From Lachnospiraceae bacterium (lineage in GTDB: Bacteria > Bacillota > Clostridia > Lachnospirales > Lachnospiraceae), in the NCBI GenBank assembly GCA_045122835.1, contig JBGVIB010000047.1:38036-102035 (forward strand): a DNA stretch of 64,000 nt, read 5' to 3'. The notes under the pieces are model-generated. The model searched no databases, had not been told where the DNA came from, and worked only from the letters and a program-made list of their open reading frames with translations. Numbering within the stretch: the stretch's first letter is position 1; every line of letters starts with the position of its first letter. Made by a program: the position numbers and the translations under genes. Shown in pieces: positions 56,583 through 64,000 of this stretch.

Positions 56583-57062
56583 ATGACCCAAGATGAACGA
56601 TTTATGAAAGAAGCCATCAAGCAGGCAAAAAAAGCGTACAAACTCTTAGAAGTTCCCATAGGCTGTGTAATAGTCCATGAGGGAAAAATCATAGCAAGAG
56701 GTTACAATAGAAGAAACACCGACAAGAACACGCTGGCCCACGCCGAGCTGACCGCCATACGAAAAGCTGCAAAAGTTCTAGGAGACTGGCGTTTAGAGGG
56801 ATGCACCATGTATGTTACCCTAGAGCCCTGCCAGATGTGTGCCGGTGCATTAGTGCAGGCAAGAATTGATAAAGTATATATTGGCTGTATGAACAAAAAA
56901 GCAGGCTGCGCCGGTTCCGTACTGAATCTGTTAGAAATGCAGGAATTTAACCATCAGGTAGAAACGGTCAGAGGTCTGTTAGAGGAGGAGTGTAGCACCC
57001 TGTTGTCTACCTTTTTCAAGGAATTACGAATCGCTCACAAAGAGAAGCGGGGGAAAGAATGA
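56583..57062 (+). CDS. tadA: tRNA-specific adenosine-34 deaminase
   Basis: 'HAELTAI' and 'TLEPCQMCAGA' zinc motifs. Start at ATG 56583. Confidence 0.93.
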   Translation: MTQDERFMKEAIKQAKKAYKLLEVPIGCVIVHEGKIIARGYNRRNTDKNTLAHAELTAIRKAAKVLGDWRLEGCTMYVTLEPCQMCAGALVQARIDKVYIGCMNKKAGCAGSVLNLLEMQEFNHQVETVRGLLEEECSTLLSTFFKELRIAHKEKRGKE

Positions 57063-57268
57063 AAGTTTTCAATAAGATAGACTGAAAGAGGAGATGAAGT
57101 TTGTTGTCAGAAGAGGTAGCCCCTCTCTCAGCCGGACAGGCAGATAAAGCAACTTAAAGAATTTTTAATAAAACTCTTTGCCTTTTCTTAAAAATACAAT
57201 TTTACAATAAATTCCACAGTCGGAGAGAAAGGCAAAAGAGAAATACTGTGAGAAAAGGAGGTGGAATC

Positions 57269-57964
57269 GTGTTTACAGTACTAGTATGTGATGATGACAA
57301 GGAAATAGTGAATGCGATAGAGATTTATCTGGTGCAGGAAGGGTATCGGGTGTTAAAAGCATATGATGGAATTCAGGCAATCGAGATGTTAAAAAAAGAG
57401 GAAGTGCATCTTTTAGTAATTGATGTGATGATGCCACGAATGGATGGCATTCGTGCAACGCTAAAGATTCGCGAGGAAAGTAGCATTCCAATTATTATTT
57501 TGTCCGCAAAGACAGAAGATGCAGACAAAATTCTAGGCTTGAATATAGGGGCAGATGATTATGTAAGCAAGCCATTCAACCCATTAGAATTAGTGGCAAG
57601 AGTAAAGTCTCAGCTTCGAAGATATACAGCACTTGGCACAATGAAAGAAGCGGAGGATGGCAATGTTTTTACCACAGGTGGACTGGTAATCGATGATGAT
57701 TTGAAGGAAGTCACTGTAGATGGTGAATTCGTAAAGCTGACACCGATTGAATATAACATATTGCTTCTTCTTGTAAAGCATCAGGGAAAAGTGTTCTCTA
57801 TTAACCAGATTTATGAAAGCATCTGGAATGAGGATGCTATTGGAGCAGACAATACCGTAGCAGTTCATATCCGACATATACGTGAAAAAATAGAGATAAA
57901 CCCAAAAGACCCACGCTACTTAAAAGTAGTATGGGGGGTGGGCTATAAAGTAGAAAAATTGTAG
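57269..57964 (+). CDS. OmpR-family response regulator
   Basis: Receiver 'VLVCDDD..DVMMPRMDG..SAK' and winged-helix C-terminus 'RHIREKIE..YLKVVWGVGYK'. GTG 57269 start with an AAAGGAGG RBS. Confidence 0.9.
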   Translation: MFTVLVCDDDKEIVNAIEIYLVQEGYRVLKAYDGIQAIEMLKKEEVHLLVIDVMMPRMDGIRATLKIREESSIPIIILSAKTEDADKILGLNIGADDYVSKPFNPLELVARVKSQLRRYTALGTMKEAEDGNVFTTGGLVIDDDLKEVTVDGEFVKLTPIEYNILLLLVKHQGKVFSINQIYESIWNEDAIGADNTVAVHIRHIREKIEINPKDPRYLKVVWGVGYKVEKL

Positions 57965-57986
57965 CCTGGAAAGGAGATGATAGGAT

Positions 57987-60548
57987 ATGAAGCATCCGTA
58001 TTTCTGGAAAACAACAGTAGTGTTTTTGCAGATTCTGTGTGTTCTTGGCATATTTGGCATTTGCTATGCCGGATATTACAAGGCTGGAAGTAGCATTTTT
58101 AATATGGCACAGATAGATGGAGGCAAGTACGAAAATACGGAATATTATCTACAGGAAGTAAATAGTCAGTTTGCATTATTGCACGAGAGGATTCGCCAAG
58201 AAGAAATGTTCCAAAAGGATGAAAGTGGAAGAATGACTTCTGTGGTTAATATGAATGATTATGGATATTACAATATTAAATATACCGTAGAAACACTTTT
58301 AAATGCAGAGGAAAACTGGTCTGATTATGATATCAGCATTTATTTTGACCAGGATGGTGAGATACCGGATGAAGAAAATATTATGCTTCCGGCAGAGGCA
58401 ATGCGTATCCTGTTGAAGGAAAATGCATCCGGATTAAGTCAGGAGTATCAAAAAGAGGTTACAGAAGCGGCCAGGAATGAAGGGGATACCTATAATTGGA
58501 TCTTATATCACAACGGACAAGCTGTTGGAGGTATGACCGAGGAACAAGCGGCTGAAAGATATGAGGATCCAGTCGTTTTAAGCTGGAATTTTTCAGTGTT
58601 AAATGAAAAAAAATCCGGTTTACAGACTCAGGAGGGGAAAAGCTTGTTAGAATATTGTGGAAATATTCCGATTTATGAGTATTACAGTGTTTTTTCCACA
58701 CTTTCCTGCATGTTAGAAGAAGTGAAGAACATGTATGATGAATACCAGCAACGGCTTTACCAGTCACCATCTTCTATTTATGTTATGGTTGCAGGAGCGA
58801 ACGATGAATGTTTGTATAACAGTGGATTGGGAGAATTTTCCCAAGAATTATATACTGCCGGTGATAAGTGGTTAAAGACAGTAAAAGGCGGGAAGAACAA
58901 TTATATTTATTTTAACAGCAAGAATTTCCGGATGGAAACCAGTCTTAATGTGGATACCAATCAGTTGTATAGCTGGTATATGAGTCTGGGAGATATTTTT
59001 GATCATGACTTTGCAGCAGCAATTACCATTCCGGCAGGGGACCTTTCGAATTATCAGGTCCAGGATTCGCTTCGTGAAGGAAAGGTTCTTTATGATCAGA
59101 TACGGCCTCAGATGAAATATTATGTAAGTGTTGTGGTTGGTTGTCTCATAGGAGCGATTATTCTTCTGATTGCCTTTACCGGCATGTGCGGGCGTTCTAA
59201 GGAAGAAGGAATTACACTAATTGGATTTGATAAAATTCCTACAGAAATTGCTGCAGTTATATTGGGTGTGCTGGGCGTATGTTGTGTATGGGCTGTGGCC
59301 GGGGCAATCGAGGAGTCCCTTTACCATATGGGTAATCTTTTTTGGATTGGTGTGGATATGCTTATGATTGTTTCTGCGCATCTATTATTCTTGTATGGCT
59401 ATGGTTCTCTAGTTAGAAGAATGAAAGCCGGTGTATTGTGGAAAAACAGCATATTCAGAATGCTATGTTCAGGGGCAGCATTTTGTGTATCCCATATTCA
59501 TGAGGCAGTATCAACGGTAGTAGGCTATGCGGCATTTGTACTATTTAATATTGCTATGAGTGTAGAGGCATTTGGAGACGGTTATTTCTATGCATTTGTG
59601 TGTATGGTAATTGTAGATGTGATAGTGGGAGGTTGCCTGTTATATGAAGCCTATATCCGCCGCAACATACAAAAAACGGTAAAACGTATATCGGATGGAG
59701 ATATTACGTATCAGATGGATAGTTCCTATATACAGGGAAGTTACCGCAAATTAGTGGATAATCTGAATCATATTGGCGAAGGTCTGCAGAATGCAGTGGA
59801 TGCCAATATGAAGAGTGAACGTTTAAAAACAGATTTGATTACAAATGTATCTCACGATATCAAGACACCACTTACGTCTATTATTAATTACATTGGTCTG
59901 ATTAAGAGAGAAGATGTGGAGAATGAACGTATTAAAGAATATGTAAATGTTTTAGACCAGAAGGCTCAACGTTTGAAATCCTTGACAGAAGATTTGGTGG
60001 AGGTATCGAGAATTACATCAGGAAACATTGTACTTCAGATGATGCCATTAGATTTTGTAGAAATTGTTCAGCAGACAGTGGCAGAATTTGATGAAAAATT
60101 TGAAGGACGCAACTTACAGTTGGTGATGAATTTCTCCACGGAAAACATTGCTGTGCATGCGGACGGCAGACGTTTGTATCGTGTTATTGAAAATTTGTTT
60201 AGCAATGTTGCGAAATATGCGATGCCGGGAACAAGGGTGTATGTAGATATTTTCTTAGAAAATGGAGGAAGTAAAGCCGTATTGTCTGTAAAGAATATAT
60301 CGGAAAATCCATTGAATATTCAGGCAACAGAGCTTACAGAGCGATTTATTCGTGGTGATGTGTCAAGAAGTACAGAAGGAAGTGGTCTGGGACTTTCCAT
60401 TGCAAAAAGCCTGACAGAAGCCCAAGGCGGGACGTTTGAGATATATTTAGATGGAGATCTGTTCCGGTCAACTATTACTTTTCCGCATATTCGCCGTGAA
60501 TTTGCAAAAACAGAAGAGAGCGAGCAGAAAGATGAAGAAAATCAGTAA
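57987..60548 (+). CDS. Sensor histidine kinase with large extracytoplasmic domain and multi-TM region
   Basis: H-box 'ITNVSHDIKTPLTSI', N-box 'NLFSNVAKYA' and G-box 'GSGLGLSIAK'. Confidence 0.9.
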   Translation: MKHPYFWKTTVVFLQILCVLGIFGICYAGYYKAGSSIFNMAQIDGGKYENTEYYLQEVNSQFALLHERIRQEEMFQKDESGRMTSVVNMNDYGYYNIKYTVETLLNAEENWSDYDISIYFDQDGEIPDEENIMLPAEAMRILLKENASGLSQEYQKEVTEAARNEGDTYNWILYHNGQAVGGMTEEQAAERYEDPVVLSWNFSVLNEKKSGLQTQEGKSLLEYCGNIPIYEYYSVFSTLSCMLEEVKNMYDEYQQRLYQSPSSIYVMVAGANDECLYNSGLGEFSQELYTAGDKWLKTVKGGKNNYIYFNSKNFRMETSLNVDTNQLYSWYMSLGDIFDHDFAAAITIPAGDLSNYQVQDSLREGKVLYDQIRPQMKYYVSVVVGCLIGAIILLIAFTGMCGRSKEEGITLIGFDKIPTEIAAVILGVLGVCCVWAVAGAIEESLYHMGNLFWIGVDMLMIVSAHLLFLYGYGSLVRRMKAGVLWKNSIFRMLCSGAAFCVSHIHEAVSTVVGYAAFVLFNIAMSVEAFGDGYFYAFVCMVIVDVIVGGCLLYEAYIRRNIQKTVKRISDGDITYQMDSSYIQGSYRKLVDNLNHIGEGLQNAVDANMKSERLKTDLITNVSHDIKTPLTSIINYIGLIKREDVENERIKEYVNVLDQKAQRLKSLTEDLVEVSRITSGNIVLQMMPLDFVEIVQQTVAEFDEKFEGRNLQLVMNFSTENIAVHADGRRLYRVIENLFSNVAKYAMPGTRVYVDIFLENGGSKAVLSVKNISENPLNIQATELTERFIRGDVSRSTEGSGLGLSIAKSLTEAQGGTFEIYLDGDLFRSTITFPHIRREFAKTEESEQKDEENQ

Positions 60549-60760
60549 CTATGAGGGGCTGCATAGTTACAAACCAAAAAAATATGGATTGTGCATTATG
60601 CTGATATAAAGTCAAAAATTTGCTTTTTTGTACAGGAAGGTGTATAATACACAAAGAGAGAATGAGAAACGAATTGTTAAAATTGTTTCTCATTCTTGCG
60701 TGTAGGACTGCTATAATGGGCAGTGAGCGTATTTGCCGGAAGATTGTGCAAGGAGGCTAT

Positions 60761-62299
60761 ATGAATAAAGAAACAAAGAAAATAGAGGAAGGTAATAACC
60801 TGCCTGGCTTCAGAATCAGGGATGTTGTTATTCTTGGTATAGTATTAATAGGTCTGATTGTTCTGGTTGTAAAATATCAAGAAGCACATGTGGGCTCCAT
60901 TGTGAATAGCAGGCAATTGAACCAGTCGCAGGAAAAGATTGTACTATGTAAAAAGACAATAGAAACAGCCTTTGAATCAAGAGAGGCACTGTTGTCACTG
61001 TCTTCTTCTTTGTTGGCAGATAAAGATAATATTTTATTAAATGACAATTGTAGAGCACTTCAGGCGCTTGTGTCAGATAATAAATGGGAAGATGGTTTTA
61101 TTATAGTCAGTTCAGGAAGTTACATTACTGCTGAGGGCAAGTCAGGTTCAATGAATATAGGTCCTTATTATAAGGCCATAGCCTTAGAAAGAGAAGAAAT
61201 TGTCGCAGACCTTGTTGATTACAATCAGGATGGACAGGATGAATTAGTACTGATGGTACCAATTATCAATTCAGAGAACAAAGTGGAAGGATTATTGTGT
61301 GGCATCATTAATTCTGATTACTTTAAGGAAGAAATCAAGCGCTTTGCAGAAGAGGGTATTCACTATTATATAACTAATATTAATGGAATTGTTTTAGGTG
61401 AATATTGCCTGAACCCAAAAGAGGAATTGCCAGAAATAGAGAACCTGTTTGAGCATATCAAGTCTTATGGAAAAGACAGCAATTTTATTACTAATCTTCA
61501 ACGTGAGATGGAGAATGGTGTGTCAGGTATCTTGTTATTAGAGGGGGACGGAACTAATAGAAGTTTTGCTTATGCACCAGTTACTGGTACGGGATTATAT
61601 CTGTATATGACATTTAATGAAGTGGAAGTATATGAGATTGGAAAAATAGTAAAGCAAAGTTATAATACATTACTGTGGGATGTTATGGTAGTGTTTAGTA
61701 TATTTGTTGCAGCAGTAGTATTTTTGCATATGCTTGATAAGCGCCGTGCAAAGGAGCAGGTAGATGAGTTAAAGCAATTAGCAGAAATTGATGCATTGAC
61801 TTCTGCATATAACAAGGCGGCTACCGTAAAATATATCAAGGAACATATAGAATCCATGGAGCCGGGGGAACAGTGTGCCTTGTTTATTGTGGATGTGGAT
61901 AATTTTAAAATGATTAATGACACAAAGGGTCATGCATTTGGTGATTTAGTTCTGAAGGAACTAGGAAATGGTATCCGCTCTGAATTTCGTGTGACAGATA
62001 TTATTGGAAGAATTGGCGGCGATGAATTCATTGTATTTTTAAAGAATATTAATGGCAGCGAAAAATTCATGAGAAGACAGGGCGAGAAGTTGGTGAACTT
62101 TTTCCATAACCTTCGTCCGGGTGAGTATGTAAAGACAAAAGTATCCGCAAGTATAGGTGGTGCAGTGTGTCCAACTGATGCGATAGATTACCAGAGCTTA
62201 TATGAAGCAGCGGATAAGGCATTATATCTTGCTAAGAGGAGAGGCAAAGACCAGTATGCATTATATCAGGAAACATTAAAGACAGAAGAAGAAAAATAG
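60761..62299 (+). CDS. Diguanylate cyclase (GGDEF) with N-terminal TM-Cache-like sensor
   Basis: 'IGRIGGDEFIVF' active site and 'DVDNFKMINDTKGHAFGD'. Start at ATG 60761 with an AGGAGG RBS. Confidence 0.9.
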   Translation: MNKETKKIEEGNNLPGFRIRDVVILGIVLIGLIVLVVKYQEAHVGSIVNSRQLNQSQEKIVLCKKTIETAFESREALLSLSSSLLADKDNILLNDNCRALQALVSDNKWEDGFIIVSSGSYITAEGKSGSMNIGPYYKAIALEREEIVADLVDYNQDGQDELVLMVPIINSENKVEGLLCGIINSDYFKEEIKRFAEEGIHYYITNINGIVLGEYCLNPKEELPEIENLFEHIKSYGKDSNFITNLQREMENGVSGILLLEGDGTNRSFAYAPVTGTGLYLYMTFNEVEVYEIGKIVKQSYNTLLWDVMVVFSIFVAAVVFLHMLDKRRAKEQVDELKQLAEIDALTSAYNKAATVKYIKEHIESMEPGEQCALFIVDVDNFKMINDTKGHAFGDLVLKELGNGIRSEFRVTDIIGRIGGDEFIVFLKNINGSEKFMRRQGEKLVNFFHNLRPGEYVKTKVSASIGGAVCPTDAIDYQSLYEAADKALYLAKRRGKDQYALYQETLKTEEEK

Positions 62300-62483
62300 T
62301 TGCAGAAGTTCGTCAACTTGTATAATTCAAAACGAAAAAATTCGTCAATCTGATATATGGTTAGCATAATTGCCAAGGGAAGTGAGAAATATTTGTGGAA
62401 TAGTGGTATGGCGTAATGGGACAAAGTAAGGTATACTGGTTGAAGTCGAAAGGGCAAGTAATAATTTTAGGAGGATTGTATTA

Positions 62484-63596
62484 ATGGCAAGTTTATCATT
62501 AAAAAATGTTTATAAAGTATATCCTAACGGATATGAAGCTGTTAAGGATTTTAATTTGGAAATTGAAGATAAGGAGTTTATCATCTTCGTAGGACCTTCA
62601 GGATGTGGTAAGTCTACTACACTTCGTATGATCGCAGGTCTTGAAGATATTAGCTCTGGTGAGTTAAAGATTGGTGACAGAGTAGTAAATGATGTTGAAC
62701 CAAAGGATAGAGATATCGCCATGGTATTCCAGAACTACGCTCTGTATCCACATATGACAGTTTATGATAATATGGCTTTTGGTCTTAAGATTAGAAAAGT
62801 ACCAAAGGACGAAATCGATAGATTAGTAAAAGAAGCTGCTAAGATCCTTGATCTTGACAAGTTATTAGACCGTAAGCCAAAGGCTTTATCAGGTGGTCAG
62901 AGACAGCGTGTTGCTATGGGTCGTGCTATCGTGCGTGAGCCAAAGGTATTCTTAATGGATGAGCCGCTTTCTAACTTGGATGCTAAGTTAAGAGTACAGA
63001 TGCGTATCGAGATTGCTAAGTTACACCAGAAATTAGGTACAACTATCATCTACGTTACACATGACCAGACAGAAGCTATGACACTTGGTACCAGAATCGT
63101 AGTTATGAAAGATGGTGTTGTTCAGCAGGTAGATACACCTCAGAACTTATACCAGAAGCCACAGAACTTATTCGTTGCAGGATTCATGGGTTCACCACAG
63201 ATGAACTTCTTAGATGCATACTGCAGATGTAAAGGAGAAGAAGCTACATTATCAGTAGCTGGTTACGAAATCAAGTTACCACCAGCAAAGGCAAAAGCTC
63301 TTAGCGATGGCGGATATGATGGAAAGACTGTTGTAATGGGTATTCGTCCAGAAGACGTATATGATTCACAGATGATGATCGAAGCAAGACCAGAAGCAGT
63401 TATCGAATCTACTATCAAAGTTTACGAATTGTTAGGTGCTGAAGTTTACTTATACTTCGATTTAGCTGAGTTCTCTATGACAGCAAGAGTAGATCCTCGT
63501 ACAACTGTTAGAACAGGTGATACAGTTAAGTTTGCTCTTGATGTTGAGAAGATTCATGTATTCGATAAAGAAACAGAAAAGACAATCACAAACTAG
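62484..63596 (+). CDS. Sugar ABC-transporter ATP-binding protein (MsmK/MalK/UgpC type), stand-alone
   Basis: Walker A 'GPSGCGKST', signature 'LSGGQRQRV', Walker B 'FLMDEPLS' and a C-terminal MalK-like regulatory domain. No adjacent permease genes. Confidence 0.92.
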   Translation: MASLSLKNVYKVYPNGYEAVKDFNLEIEDKEFIIFVGPSGCGKSTTLRMIAGLEDISSGELKIGDRVVNDVEPKDRDIAMVFQNYALYPHMTVYDNMAFGLKIRKVPKDEIDRLVKEAAKILDLDKLLDRKPKALSGGQRQRVAMGRAIVREPKVFLMDEPLSNLDAKLRVQMRIEIAKLHQKLGTTIIYVTHDQTEAMTLGTRIVVMKDGVVQQVDTPQNLYQKPQNLFVAGFMGSPQMNFLDAYCRCKGEEATLSVAGYEIKLPPAKAKALSDGGYDGKTVVMGIRPEDVYDSQMMIEARPEAVIESTIKVYELLGAEVYLYFDLAEFSMTARVDPRTTVRTGDTVKFALDVEKIHVFDKETEKTITN

Positions 63597-63618
63597 TTTT
63601 TTACATTGTTAAATATAA

Positions 63619-63646
63619 GGTGCATCCGAAAGGATGCATCTTTTTT
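63619..63646 (+). terminator. Rho-independent terminator
   Basis: GGTGCATCC-gaaa-GGATGCATC followed by T6. Confidence 0.8.
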
Positions 63647-63793
63647 ATATACTAGTATAGTGTCACCAAATTCATTCCTGGGATTTATAAAAAAATAATA
63701 TTATTTTTCTTGCGCCCTGGAATAAATTCAAGTAAACTGATAAAGAAAATAATGTGATTGAGACAACATTTAGATAAGAAGGGAGCCGGAAAC

Positions 63794-64000
63794 ATGATTA
63801 CCAACCAGATTATACAGACAAGCATTGACGAGTTGCGGAGTATTACCAGAGTAGATTTGTGTGTGGTAGATTTAGAAGCAACTGTATTGGCATCCACATA
63901 TGACAGTGATGAGATTCAGAAAGAAGAAGTTTCGTATTTTGTAGAATCACCAGCAGATAGTCAGGCAATACATGGGCACCACTTTTTTAAGATATATGAT
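63794..64000 (+). CDS. Hypothetical protein, N-terminal part (3' end outside window)
   Basis: Open frame from ATG 63794 to the window end (MITNQIIQTSIDELRSITRVDL..). GGGAGCCGGA purine-rich RBS. No family recognised. Confidence 0.5.
   Translation, partial: MITNQIIQTSIDELRSITRVDLCVVDLEATVLASTYDSDEIQKEEVSYFVESPADSQAIHGHHFFKIYD

Noticed and set aside
57063-57268. Possible SRP (4.5S/scRNA) gene, which often follows tadA in Firmicutes.
   Set aside because: The region lacks the conserved domain-IV elements (GGAAGCAGCC / GUCAGGUCCGGAAGG-like motifs). Only weak generic hairpins are seen.
60549-60760. c-di-GMP riboswitch upstream of the GGDEF gene.
   Set aside because: No GEMM-I or GEMM-II consensus segments were recognisable. 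Only a simple hairpin is present, and it is reported separately at low interest.
1-64000. Looked for CRISPR arrays, tRNA/rRNA genes, transposases, integrases, prophage genes and recognisable anti-phage defence operons.
   Set aside because: None was found. No regularly spaced direct repeats were seen, intergenic gaps contain no cloverleaf-like sequences, and no ORF carries DDE, tyrosine-recombinase or serine-recombinase motifs.

Overview
This 64-kb window is low-GC Firmicutes/Clostridia-type chromosome. The Lachnospiraceae-like assignment is an inference from T-box and S-box leaders, GGAGG ribosome-binding sites, several chemotaxis receptors and c-di-GMP genes. Most of it is core metabolism and cell-envelope housekeeping. 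Recognised genes and modules:
- A PRD-regulator/EIIA/EIIB/ptsH/ptsI/EIICBA PTS cluster.
- T-box-controlled thrS and a T-box-controlled trpEGDC operon.
- icd, murG, pgi, aroK, murA, S-box-controlled metK and tadA.
- Two tandem LeuD/LeuC-type dehydratase pairs.
- Two methyl-accepting chemotaxis proteins, a two-component system, and EAL and GGDEF proteins.
- A stand-alone sugar-ABC ATPase.

No rRNA, tRNA, CRISPR array, transposase or phage genes were seen.

Observations not explained by ordinary annotation:
1. A non-coding, highly structured 166-182-bp MITE-like element has 12-16-bp terminal inverted repeats. There are three near-identical copies, one divergent copy and one fragment. Two copies are flanked by perfect 8-bp target-site duplications. 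One copy sits inside the last codons of metK and regenerates its Leu-stop.
2. A 76-aa Cys/Gly-rich tandem-repeat micro-protein lies in a cluster of small unknown genes, a His15-less HPr-like protein and a leaderless S8 protease.
3. A miniature pyruvate-phosphate-dikinase homologue lacks the PEP/pyruvate-binding domain.
4. An AT-rich accessory gene pair encodes a roughly 1,340-aa secreted Ca-repeat/VWA protein, interrupted at an A8 tract, plus a translationally coupled small membrane protein.
5. There are several long perfect hairpins and one 35-bp exact repeat in intergenic DNA.

All functional calls come from motif recognition by eye. No database search was run.
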